A stretch of 64,000 nucleotides of DNA, from NCBI GenBank assembly GCA_013416795.1, contig RQSC01000004.1, positions 287,544 through 351,543 of the forward strand. The letters are read 5' to 3'. This DNA comes from Prasinococcaceae sp. CCMP 1430. Its lineage: Eukaryota > Plantae > Prasinodermophyta. Each line of letters starts with the position of its first letter. Position 1 is the first letter of the stretch. Shown here piece by piece: positions 10,942 through 20,385 of this stretch. The position numbers and the translations under genes are program-made. A model generated the notes under the pieces. That model worked only from the letters and a program-made list of their open reading frames with translations. It was not told the DNA's origin and made no database searches.

Positions 10942-11435
10942 CGCCGCGCGCTCCCTCCCACCCTCTCGCCGCCTCCGCGCGCGCGCACGCGGCGCTGCCG
11001 CCGCCGCGCGCGCGCGCGCGCCTCTCTGTGGCCCGCCCGCGCCCTGCCGCAGCCGCACCCCGCCAGCGCTGTCCGGCAGATGCGCGCGCGAGCGGGGGAA
11101 GCGCAGCCGGGCAGGCGCGCGGCGCAGCAGGTTCGAACGCGGCCAGATCTGATTTTGTGTGTGATTTGGGAGCGCAAAAAAAAGTTCGGAGTGGCAGTGT
11201 GTGCGTACCAATGTTTTTGCCCCTCTGCGCCGTGGCGTCCGCCTCTGCCTTTCGCATCTTGTTTTTTTATGCGGGGTGTGTGCGTGTGCGGGGGGTTGTG
11301 GGTGTTGTGACTGTTGCGGAGTGCGCATGGCAGCGCGGGCAGGGTGGGCACCACAGCGCGCACGAGGGAAGAGGGCCAGGGGGGGAGGGGCGCCGGTGCC
11401 GCGCGGCGCTGGTGCCGCGCGCACCACGCGGCGCG

Positions 11436-14400
11436 ATGAGGGAGCGCGCCGCGCCCGGTGGCGGCGGCGGCGGCGGCGGCGGGCCAAAGCCGCTCAAGCT
11501 GCTGCGCTTCCGCGCGTCGGAGCGCAAGAGCGTGGACGCGTGCCTGCACCCGGTGCTGCCGTGGGTGGCGCTGTGCGACCAGGGCAATGGCGCGGTGCTG
11601 TGGGACTACGAGCAGAAGGAGACGCTCTACGAACTCAGCCCCGAAGGCGTCAGCAACGAGTGGTTCGTTGCGGCGGCCGTGCAGGCGAGCGCTGAGGCGC
11701 AGCCGTCATACACGGGGCAGCGCGACCACGCGGCCATGCGCCCGCGGACGGGGGGCAAGCTGGGCGCGGTGCGCTGCGTGAGGCTCTACGACGACGACGT
11801 GGCTGCGTGGCGGGAGTGGGAGACGGCGCGCGCCGCGCGCTCGGCGCCGCGAGATGCGTCCGCGCTCGGCGGATCTGCGCGCAGCGGGGCGGTGCGCGGG
11901 ACGCAGTGGCTCGCGGTCGTGTGGGAGCAGGGGGCGACGTTCGTCGAGCTGAGCTCCGGCAAGGCGCGGCAGGTGTTTCGCTCTGAGCTCGAGGGCAAGC
12001 CTCAGATGTCGCGCCTCGAGATCATGGGTGTGCACTCCCACACCATTGCGGCGATCGGCTGCAACGACGGCAGCATCCGCGTGCTCGCGCTCGGCAGCTT
12101 CAAGCCGGTGGCACGGCTCGCCGGGGGGCACCGCGGGGCAGTGCTGAGCATGCTGGTGCTTCCTAACTCGAGGCTGCTCACGGGTGGCGCAGACGGTTCG
12201 ATCGCGCTCTGGGACCTCTCCATGGCCCGGCCGAGTGGCGACACGGACCCCAAGATGGTGGTCCCTGCGCACAAGGACGGCGTGTCCTCGCTCGCGATCT
12301 ACCCAGGGCCGATGATGCCGCGCGTCGTCACTGCCGGCGGTGACAAGACGGTCGCGCTGTGGGACCTGGCGACCCTCCGCGAGCTGGCGAGGCAGCAGCC
12401 CAACGACAAGCTCCAGTGCATTCGCGCGGAGCCGTGGTTCCACCCGCGCTTCCCTCGCGTCGACTGCGTGTTCGCGACGCGAAACGCGCAGATTGGCGTC
12501 GTTGCGCTGGAGAGCAAGGGGCAACCGCCCAGCATGCTGCTGGACCTGGACCAGGTCATCCGGCCGCCTGGCGACAAGCCGCACGTCAAAGTGTACACGC
12601 TCGCGGTGCACCCGCTCCGGCCGTCCGTCGTGAGCATCGGCACCAACGCTGGCCTCGTCATCATCGAAGTCGATCCCTCCTTCGCCCCCGCAGCTGCAGC
12701 TCTGCCCGTCGCGCCTGGCGGCGACGTGTCGCACCGCGCCGTGTACGCGCGCGGACGCAACCTGCTGTCGCTTGGATTCAGCGTCGCGGCAGGCGGCGGT
12801 GACGACGGTTTGCCAGGCGTCGAGCAGACGGAAGAGCGTGTTGCAGTGCTCCGCAGCGACGCCGCCTGCAGCCTGCACGCCCACCCGTCGGAAGAGCTGC
12901 TCGCGGTGTTCTGGCCAGGCGCGCAGTCCTACGCGGTGTACCGCACGAGCGACTGGCGCATCCTCGACGAGGGCCGTGCCTCCAGCCTGGGCTGGGATGC
13001 GGTGCATCCGCGCCTGGTCCTGCTCTCGGCACCCCCGCCGCAGCAGCAGCCTCCGCAGATGCGCGGCCGCGGCAAGAAGGCGAAGGAGGAGTACGCGATG
13101 GCGATGAAGGCGTACATCGCCGTGCAGGAGGCGTCGAGTACGGAGGCGAGGGTCCAGATCAAGGGCCTTGAGGGCGACAAGATGGAAATGTACAACGACG
13201 CGCTAGAGGTCGAGTCCGTCGAGAAGCGGCTGGGCGTCTTCGGCGGCGGCTTCTTCGGCGTGCGCGGCACGGAGCCCCCACAGCGGGCGGACGAGGACTC
13301 GTTGGAGGGCTACCGCTCGTCCAAGGCGGCCTCGGCGCGGCAGAGGGAGCGCGTGCAGCTCTTCCGGTGGGACACGCATACGGCCATCGGCCCCGCCATG
13401 CCTTGTCCGTCCAAGATCGTGTGGGACGTCGAGTGCGAGTTCGTGGCGTTTGTCTATCCGCACAGCGTGAGCTTGTTCCAGGCGCAACCCTCTTTCCACC
13501 TGCTGGGGTCCGTGAGCATCGAGGGGGTAGCGGACGCGCAGTGGTTCCGCTCGCAGCTCTTCATGCTGACACCGACGACCATTGAGTGTTGCTTCATCAG
13601 CGGCGGCGGGGCCGGGGGGGCCGGCGACGGGGGGGGCATGCGTGCGAGGGCAAAGAGGCCGTCCATGGAGTTTGTGACGCTGGCGACGCTGAGCCCGTGG
13701 GCCGGCGCCTCGATGGCGTGCCAACAGACAAACGCGACGCCTTCGCCGTCGGAGGTCGCCGCAGCCGCGCGACTGCCGCCTCCCGCGCGCCGCCCGGCCG
13801 GCGCGCTGGCGCTGCTGACAATCCGCGACGGCGCAGTGTGGCTGTGCGATGCCCTCGGCGTGGTGCACAGCGTGCCGTTGAAACACCCCGGCGTCCTCTG
13901 CCGCTGCCTGGCTGCGTACGGTGACGCCGGCGCCGCCGTGGCGTGCTCGGCGTCGCTGGACGCCGCGCACGCCGACGATTTGGCCACACACCTCGCCGTC
14001 GCGGGGGAGCCGCGTGCGGCTCTGGCGCTGAGAGGCGTGAGCCCTCGCGCGCGCGCCATCGTTGCCTCCGGTCGCGGCGCCGGGATGAGGCCGCTGCCAC
14101 CAGCTGAGGCGCTGGCCATCGTCGAGCAAGCCGCCGTGGACATTGATCCGCTGAGCGGCCGCGGGACGGGCTTCGTGACCGACCCCCTCGAGGCCCTCAC
14201 GCTCGGCACGGCTGCCAAGGTCGGGCGGGCGGCTGCCGCGGGCATCGCCGCCGTCGCGCATGACTACTTGCACGTCGCCGCGCACGCCCAGAGGCAGGGG
14301 CTGCGAGACGTGGCCGCCAAGGCCCTCAGTGCGCTCGCAGCGGCCGCGCCGATGCTCGAGGAGGACGCCCTGCACGCCACGCTCGCCAGGCTTGCGCAGG

Positions 14401-14699
14401 GTGGGCAGTGGGCCAAGCTGGAGGCGACGGCGGAGGCGCTGCTGCGCGCTGCGGACCTCGGCAGCGCCGCCGCGGACGCGCGCTCCACGTCGCTCGCGAG
14501 CAACGCGACCATGGCAGCGCTGCTGCTTGGGCGCAACGCCGGCGGCGACGCGCTCCTCTTCACGGCGCTCAAGAGGAGCGGCGCGCACGCCGAGGCAGTG
14601 GTTGCCGCGCGAGCGAGGGGGCTTGAGGACGACGGCGGCGCGCTCGAGGCCGCCAACGCGGCGCTGGAGAAGCACGGCGTGAGAATCGCCGACGCGTGA
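11436..14699 (+). CDS. TPLATE/TSET WD40 subunit (TWD40-2/TTRAY2-like)
   Basis: N-terminus LHPVLPWV..LWDYEQKETLYEL..VRLYDDDV matches the recalled Arabidopsis TWD40-2 pattern. WD repeats (GHRGAV, AHKDGV, VALWD), KVYTLAVHPLRP, LKHPGVLCRCLAAYGD, followed by an alpha-solenoid. Confidence 0.82.
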   Translation: MRERAAPGGGGGGGGGPKPLKLLRFRASERKSVDACLHPVLPWVALCDQGNGAVLWDYEQKETLYELSPEGVSNEWFVAAAVQASAEAQPSYTGQRDHAAMRPRTGGKLGAVRCVRLYDDDVAAWREWETARAARSAPRDASALGGSARSGAVRGTQWLAVVWEQGATFVELSSGKARQVFRSELEGKPQMSRLEIMGVHSHTIAAIGCNDGSIRVLALGSFKPVARLAGGHRGAVLSMLVLPNSRLLTGGADGSIALWDLSMARPSGDTDPKMVVPAHKDGVSSLAIYPGPMMPRVVTAGGDKTVALWDLATLRELARQQPNDKLQCIRAEPWFHPRFPRVDCVFATRNAQIGVVALESKGQPPSMLLDLDQVIRPPGDKPHVKVYTLAVHPLRPSVVSIGTNAGLVIIEVDPSFAPAAAALPVAPGGDVSHRAVYARGRNLLSLGFSVAAGGGDDGLPGVEQTEERVAVLRSDAACSLHAHPSEELLAVFWPGAQSYAVYRTSDWRILDEGRASSLGWDAVHPRLVLLSAPPPQQQPPQMRGRGKKAKEEYAMAMKAYIAVQEASSTEARVQIKGLEGDKMEMYNDALEVESVEKRLGVFGGGFFGVRGTEPPQRADEDSLEGYRSSKAASARQRERVQLFRWDTHTAIGPAMPCPSKIVWDVECEFVAFVYPHSVSLFQAQPSFHLLGSVSIEGVADAQWFRSQLFMLTPTTIECCFISGGGAGGAGDGGGMRARAKRPSMEFVTLATLSPWAGASMACQQTNATPSPSEVAAAARLPPPARRPAGALALLTIRDGAVWLCDALGVVHSVPLKHPGVLCRCLAAYGDAGAAVACSASLDAAHADDLATHLAVAGEPRAALALRGVSPRARAIVASGRGAGMRPLPPAEALAIVEQAAVDIDPLSGRGTGFVTDPLEALTLGTAAKVGRAAAAGIAAVAHDYLHVAAHAQRQGLRDVAAKALSALAAAAPMLEEDALHATLARLAQGGQWAKLEATAEALLRAADLGSAAADARSTSLASNATMAALLLGRNAGGDALLFTALKRSGAHAEAVVAARARGLEDDGGALEAANAALEKHGVRIADA

Positions 14700-14787
14700 C
14701 GCGTGTCCGCTGGGGGGGTGGCGGTCAGATATAGTCATAAGTACAATGTATCATACCATCGACCACCTTCGCCTCTCCTACTGATAC

Positions 14788-15690
14788 TTACTCCTCGCCG
14801 TACGCGGGACAGACGCATTGCTTCAAGTACTTTCCCTCGCTCGCGGCATCGAGGCTGAAGCGGGCCAGGTCGGCGAAAGGCAACGAAGTGCCAGGTTTGC
14901 CGGCGCACATTGGCTTGTCAGTCGGGGCCTTGTCGCTGTGGTAGAGGCGCCCCGGGCGCGTGACAATCCACTGCAGGTCGCTGCACTCGCTCGAGAGGTA
15001 CTCGATGACGCTGGTGTTATCCTTCACCATGGGTCCTATGCCGAACACCGGCACCAAGACGGTCGCCTGCGTGTGGGTTGGCGCCGCGCGGGTGCGCCGG
15101 CGCGAGAAGGGGGTCCGCCGCGCTGACAGTCAGCGGTGGAGACCAAGGGGGAGTAATCGCGCTTTGGCACATTCGCCGGGCGACGCCCGGGTCGTCGCCC
15201 CCAGCGACGCTCGCCTGTCCAAAGCGGGCGGCCAGCTGCTACTCACCATGCAGCTGGTCATGCCACTGAGCTGCTCTCCCGGAGGGGGTGAGAACGCCCC
15301 CGCCTGGAAAAGCACTCGCTCGACGCCCTTGGCTCGCATCGCCGCCGTCAGCTTTTTCACGAACGCAAGCATCATGTCCTTGGGCTGGTAGGCCTTCGCG
15401 TTCATGGGACCGCCGGTGTGGCACAGAACGGCGTCCACCACCACGCCCTCCTCCTCGCCCTCACCGCCGCCCAGTACCAGCCCCGCTGCGACATCCTCCG
15501 CGTTGGCGAGGTCCCCCTTGAGAATGGTGAGGTTCTCATGCGTGCCGAGCAGGTTCTTGCCCTTCACGGGGTCGCGCACGCACGCCGCGTTCACGCGCAG
15601 GCCGCGCTGGATCGCCCACTTCACCACCTCCTTCCCGGTCCTGCCGGTTGCGCCGTAGACGGCGACGGAGCGCAAGGGGTCGGAAGACCC
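14788..15690 (-). CDS. NAD(P)H-binding flavin reductase / BLVRB-like, 2 exons (intron 15067-15246); no in-frame ATG visible
   Basis: Rossmann motif VAVYGATGRTG, KGDLANAEDV, LQWIVTRPGRL, FADLARF. ATG|GTGAGT donor and GCAG acceptor keep the frame. Confidence 0.82.
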
Positions 15691-16463
15691 CGCCGCCCGC
15701 TGCGCCGCGCACCAAGCGTGGGCTGTCGGCGAAAGCCGCTGCCTGGGCCTCGAAACGCCTGGAGCAGATCGGCTCGGCGGCGGAGCAGTTCGGGACGCTG
15801 CTCATCCAAGTCCTGGCGAGCCCGGCCGAGTTGGTCGGCGGGGGGCTGGTGAAGGGGACGCGGGGGGCAAGGAGGAGGCTCGGGAAGGCGCTTAATAAGA
15901 ATTTCGGCGGGATGTCGCAGCACGTGGTCCTGGCAGGCACGGGCCTGGCCCTCCTTCAGATCAACAAGATGATCGTGCGAAAGCAGAACCGCGCGCTCAT
16001 CCGCAGCCCGAAGGAGATCAAGGCGGCGCGTGAGGCGCGTGCGGAGGCGGCGGCCATCGAGAAGTTGCTCGCCGGAGAGCTCGGGAAGGGCCGCATCGAG
16101 CGCGTCAAAGGCGCCACGGCGTACAAGGGCTCGTCAGCCGCGCAAAGCCGTGCCGAGGCGGCTGCTCGCGGCCGCGCGGGCAGTGGCAGGGCGCGAGCGC
16201 GGGCTGCGAAGCTCCCACAGCTGTCGGTGGCCGAGAAGGCCGACGGCCAGACCGTGTCGACGCACAAGGCGAAGGGAGTCCGCGTCGAGGAGGAGGAACT
16301 CGCGCAGGCGCCCAAGTCAGAAACGGCAAAGGGGGCGGGAAAGGCCGAGGCGGCGGACAAGAGCAAAGGCAAGGGCAAGGCTGAGGCGGCAGACGGGCCC
16401 AAGGCCAAGGCCAAGGCCAAGGACGACGCCAAGCCTCCCCCGCGCATGCCAGTGTTCGGATAA
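15690..16463 (+). CDS. Hypothetical protein with one hydrophobic segment and Lys/Ala-rich tail (5' truncated)
   Basis: Strong GC3 codon bias. QHVVLAGTGLALLQINKMIVRKQNRALIRSPKE; stop at 16463 followed by an AT-richer 3' UTR. Confidence 0.6.
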   Translation, partial: PPPAAPRTKRGLSAKAAAWASKRLEQIGSAAEQFGTLLIQVLASPAELVGGGLVKGTRGARRRLGKALNKNFGGMSQHVVLAGTGLALLQINKMIVRKQNRALIRSPKEIKAAREARAEAAAIEKLLAGELGKGRIERVKGATAYKGSSAAQSRAEAAARGRAGSGRARARAAKLPQLSVAEKADGQTVSTHKAKGVRVEEEELAQAPKSETAKGAGKAEAADKSKGKGKAEAADGPKAKAKAKDDAKPPPRMPVFG

Positions 16464-16529
16464 AACCGCGCGGTCGTCGTTCTGACGTGCGTGCCTTAAC
16501 GTAATGCATGCGGGTTGGTTGGATTCGAA

Positions 16530-19370
16530 TTACATGCTCGAAACGTCTGCCGAGCCGGCGGCCGCATCGCTGGCGTCGGCGGCCAATTGAGCTTTGAGGC
16601 GGGCGCGCAGGCGCGCGCGCGGGTCCTCGGCCAGTGGCGTCGATATGGGCTGCGAGCTGACGTTCTTTTCGCCCTCATTGCCCAGCGCCCTGCTGTAGTT
16701 GGTCATCGACCCCTGGCGCTTTGCCTCCAGGTAGTTGAATTTGCGTGGAGGAGTGTGACTACCCGAGTCGCCCTCGAGCGCGGGGACGCCACCTACCTCG
16801 GCGGCGTGTTTGGCCGACATCCCCTCCGCCTGGCCCGCCGCCAGCGCCCAGCGGGCCGTGTTGCGACCCTGTGCGCTCATCGCTTCCGCGTAGTTGACGC
16901 CGCTGCCGGCACGCCTGAAGCGGGCGTCGCTGCCGTTGATGGGCGCATCCATCGATGCCGTGCCAGGGGTAAATTTGACATGGCGCCCGGCGGCCGCGTC
17001 GTTAGCGCCAGCCTCGGCGTCGGCCTCCTCCTTTTCCTCTGCAATCGCGCGCTCAATCGCTTCGAACGATGCGCGACGGCCTTGAGGGCCCATAACGTCC
17101 CCGTAAAACACGCCAGACCCTGCCCGCTCGAGCGACGAACGACGTGGCTCATCAGTGCCTGGCTCGGCAGGCACAAAGGCCACGTGGCGCTCGCCCTTCT
17201 CGGCGGTCGTGCCGCCAGGTTCGGACACCAGCGAGTCCTGATGCTGCGCTTTCTGCTCCCTAGCCAACAATCTGATGGCCTCATCCGCTGCTGCGTCCTC
17301 CTGGGCCTGGCCCGTCGCCAGCGCCCACTTTGCCCGGCGGTTGCCCTGCTTGCTCATCGCCGCGCTGTAGTTCACGAAGGAGCCCTTCTTGGAGGCCTTG
17401 ACGACGGGTTCGGCCGAGCCATCGGAGGCAGTGCCGGGCGCGAAGTTGACGTGGCGGTCTGCGCCACCGGCAGGCGAGTCCTCGCCCGGGACCTCGGCCC
17501 CATCCTCCTCCGCCTGGCCCGCCGCCAGCGCCCAGCGGGCCGTGTTGCGACCCTGCGCGCTCATCGCTTCCGCGTAGTTGACGCCGCTGCCGGCACGCCT
17601 GAAGCGGGCGTCGCTGCCGTTGATGGGCGCATCCATCGACGCCGCCTCGACGGTGAACTCGACGTGGCGGCCACCACCAGAGTTGCTCGGCTCGCCTGTG
17701 ACCTTTGCCCCATCCTCTTCAGCCTGACCCGCTGCCAGAGCCCAGCGGGCCGTGTTTTGGCCGTGCGTGCTCATCGCTGCGGCGTAGTTGACGCCGCTGC
17801 CGGCACGCTTCAAATTGCTCCCTCCTTGCGGCGAGGACGTGTCAGGAGTAAAGGACACGTGGTGGCCGCCGTCACTCTCTCCGCGCTCTTCTGCAGCGCG
17901 TTCATTGCCTTGCAATCGGTCGGAGGATGAAGGTGAGGCTTGTGCGGGTCCCGGAGCCATCACGCTCGCGAACGCCTGCTCAAGATTGCGCAGAGCTGCA
18001 CCGGCTGCGCGAATGTGTTCAATCGCAGCGCCCGCCTGCTGCAACTTCTCCGCGAGGTAGGGCGACAGGTCGGCGGGACCTGCTGTAGGCGTGGCCCGTG
18101 CCATTTCGGCTGAGGCGGGAGTGCCAGGGGGCGTGGTCGCGCTCGGCGCAAAGCTTATTGGGGCAACCGCCTCGGGCTCGTCATGCGCACTCGACAGGCG
18201 CTCGTCCAAGCGGAGCAGGCGGAGGCCGTTCCGGATAGCCTCCGCGCGCCGGAATTCCCTGCGCACCGCTGGCGAAGCGGCTGTGCCGGCAGGAGGTGGA
18301 GCGCAGCAGCCGATGAGTGCATCCAACACGTCGCTGGGCTTGGCGGGTCCCTCACCGCCCTCGCCTGTTGCCTCAAGCGAGCGCACCACATCGAGTGTGT
18401 CCGAGAGGGCCGCGTGCGCCTTGTCGAGCTCCCCCGCGTCAAAGGTCTGCGTAGACCACATCTCCGCGTGCCATCGGGCGATCCAGCGCAGCCGGCGGTA
18501 TGAGTGTTTGGTGGCATCGGACGACCTGCTCCCAGAGGCCGAGTGCATCGCCGCCCGTGCTGCGATGGCCAAGAGCGCGCTCCGCACGTGCCCCCCGCTG
18601 CTCTGGCTACCGGAGCCCGTGAAGGCCGCTACGAGTCGCGCCTCATCGTGCGCGCTCGGCGGTTTGAAAGGTGCGGTGGATGCACGCTCCGCCACGCGCG
18701 CGGCAGCTCGCGCTAGCGGCAACCATGCGAGCGCCCCCGCAGGCTGGCCTCCAGCGCTCGACCGTGCCGCATGGGCGTCTGGGCGAGTGAGCGCGGCCTT
18801 CGCCGCAGAGGCAACCTCTGCCAGCCCCCCTGACGAAAAGAGCAACGGCAAGCGGGCCTCCAGCCCTATGAGGTCCTCCACCGCGCGGGCGAAGGACGCC
18901 ACATTGCCGCCGAGGCGCGCAGCGCATCCCACTGCGACGGCGACCGCGCCAACCTCCTTTCGCCACCGCGTTCCGTCCAGTGGGCATCCGTGCCAAGCCC
19001 TCACGGCCCACGCCAGCAGCGCCTCCGCCCCCTGCTGCGCCTGACCATGCTCGCCGTCCCCGGCAGCGAGGGCACTCAGCACCGCCCTCGCTCGCTGCGC
19101 CGGCGTCTGATCCGCGCCCACCCCGACCGCAGCGGCCGCGTGAGCGTGCCCGTCCGCGCCACTCGCCGCGGTCGCGCGCGCGAGGCAGCGCAGCAGCAGT
19201 TCGGAAAACGCCAGGTATGCCATCGCGGCCGCGCCCTTTGACCCCGCCGGCGCGAGCGCGGCCGCGAGCGCCGCTGCACGCTCGCGCTCGATGGGTATGA
19301 GTCGGTACCCCTGCTTGTGAATGAGAACGACAAGTTCGTGCGCGCTGAGCTGGCGCGGCCGCGCCAGCAC
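16530..19370 (-). CDS. Unknown ~900-aa protein: helical N-half plus C-terminal tandem repeat array (start uncertain)
   Basis: Long ORF with in-frame peptide repeats conserved at the amino-acid level. Possible ATG at MAYLAF (~19223). Confidence 0.7.
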   Translation of the reverse strand: MLARPRQLSAHELVVLIHKQGYRLIPIERERAAALAAALAPAGSKGAAAMAYLAFSELLLRCLARATAASGADGHAHAAAAVGVGADQTPAQRARAVLSALAAGDGEHGQAQQGAEALLAWAVRAWHGCPLDGTRWRKEVGAVAVAVGCAARLGGNVASFARAVEDLIGLEARLPLLFSSGGLAEVASAAKAALTRPDAHAARSSAGGQPAGALAWLPLARAAARVAERASTAPFKPPSAHDEARLVAAFTGSGSQSSGGHVRSALLAIAARAAMHSASGSRSSDATKHSYRRLRWIARWHAEMWSTQTFDAGELDKAHAALSDTLDVVRSLEATGEGGEGPAKPSDVLDALIGCCAPPPAGTAASPAVRREFRRAEAIRNGLRLLRLDERLSSAHDEPEAVAPISFAPSATTPPGTPASAEMARATPTAGPADLSPYLAEKLQQAGAAIEHIRAAGAALRNLEQAFASVMAPGPAQASPSSSDRLQGNERAAEERGESDGGHHVSFTPDTSSPQGGSNLKRAGSGVNYAAAMSTHGQNTARWALAAGQAEEDGAKVTGEPSNSGGGRHVEFTVEAASMDAPINGSDARFRRAGSGVNYAEAMSAQGRNTARWALAAGQAEEDGAEVPGEDSPAGGADRHVNFAPGTASDGSAEPVVKASKKGSFVNYSAAMSKQGNRRAKWALATGQAQEDAAADEAIRLLAREQKAQHQDSLVSEPGGTTAEKGERHVAFVPAEPGTDEPRRSSLERAGSGVFYGDVMGPQGRRASFEAIERAIAEEKEEADAEAGANDAAAGRHVKFTPGTASMDAPINGSDARFRRAGSGVNYAEAMSAQGRNTARWALAAGQAEGMSAKHAAEVGGVPALEGDSGSHTPPRKFNYLEAKRQGSMTNYSRALGNEGEKNVSSQPISTPLAEDPRARLRARLKAQLAADASDAAAGSADVSSM
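16660..17880 (-). repeat. Six imperfect ~65-90 aa coding repeats (HVxF...RAGSGVNYxxAMSxQGR..ARWALAAGQAE)
   Basis: Directly visible. 16823-16960 and 17507-17644 are 138-nt copies differing at two synonymous sites. Confidence 0.92.
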
Positions 19371-20385
19371 CGGCGTCGGCTCCGCGAAAACGCGCGGGAG
19401 CGGCGCGCGTCCCGCGCGCGTCCGCGTCCCGACCCGGCGCCACGCAGCCTCCGTCGATCATCCGCGCCGCGCGGAAAAATCGCGCCGCGCGCCGAATTAC
19501 AACAAATTACCCTGTCTGGACGTGGCTGTGTATGCCAAACCTCAGCGCGGCGCGCGTCGCTGCGCGCCAATACCAGCTGGGCTACTCCGCCCAGTACGCG
19601 CCTTCACGCACGTGTAACCACACACACTGAGGTCCTATCACACGACGCTGTGGTCGTGTGCAGCTGCGAGCGACGCGCACGCGTCGCGAGCAGCAGAACT
19701 GGCACGTCGCCGCGAATGTCTCCCCCCTTCGGCCCTGATAATTTCTGCCCCTGCAGAATTTAGGGCTCCCTCGAGATCCACGTGGGTTCCCTTCGCGGCT
19801 CCGAAATGGCGTTTGATACGATGTAACCTCTATAACTTCGCTATGACCAAAACGGCGCGCGCCAAAATGCGCCCCGCAGCGCGAAATCGGGCTCCCGCGA
19901 GATCTCCACGGGAGTGCGCGATATCGGATCGAGCGCCCCGTCGGAATCAAAACGCGCCGCCGCGCGGCGCGCGCGCCCCGCCGCTGCCAGCGGCGTGGCG
20001 CACCGACCCGAGCGATGGGCAGTGATGAATGAGGGGTGACGAGGGGGTGATGACAGGGCTGGGGCGGAGAAGAGCGCGCGCGCGCTCTTTTTTCCGCCCC
20101 GGCGGTTCGCGCGGCGGGATCGTTTCCTGCGTCGCCCTCCGCGGTTTTTCGCGGGGGCGCGCGCGCGCGCGGCGCGCGCGGGGCGTGCGCGAATTGCGCG
20201 CCACACACGCGCCACGGCGCGCGCGCGGCACGCGCGGCGGCCGGCCACCGAAGGGGGGTGGGAGGGAGGACGAAGAAGGCGCGGGGGGAGGCGCTCGCAC
20301 GCTCGAGCGCGCCGTCGAACGCGCGCTCGCGCGGATTCGGCAGGGGCAGAGCGCCGCGAGACCCGGCGCGTGCGCCGGGCCCTCA

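Noticed and set aside
16660-17880. Repeat array as a CRISPR array or as a pyrenoid Rubisco linker (EPYC1-like)
   Set aside because: The repeats are in-frame coding with synonymous divergence, so not CRISPR. As a linker it lacks an evident plastid transit peptide and is acidic, so that reading is not favoured, though not excluded.
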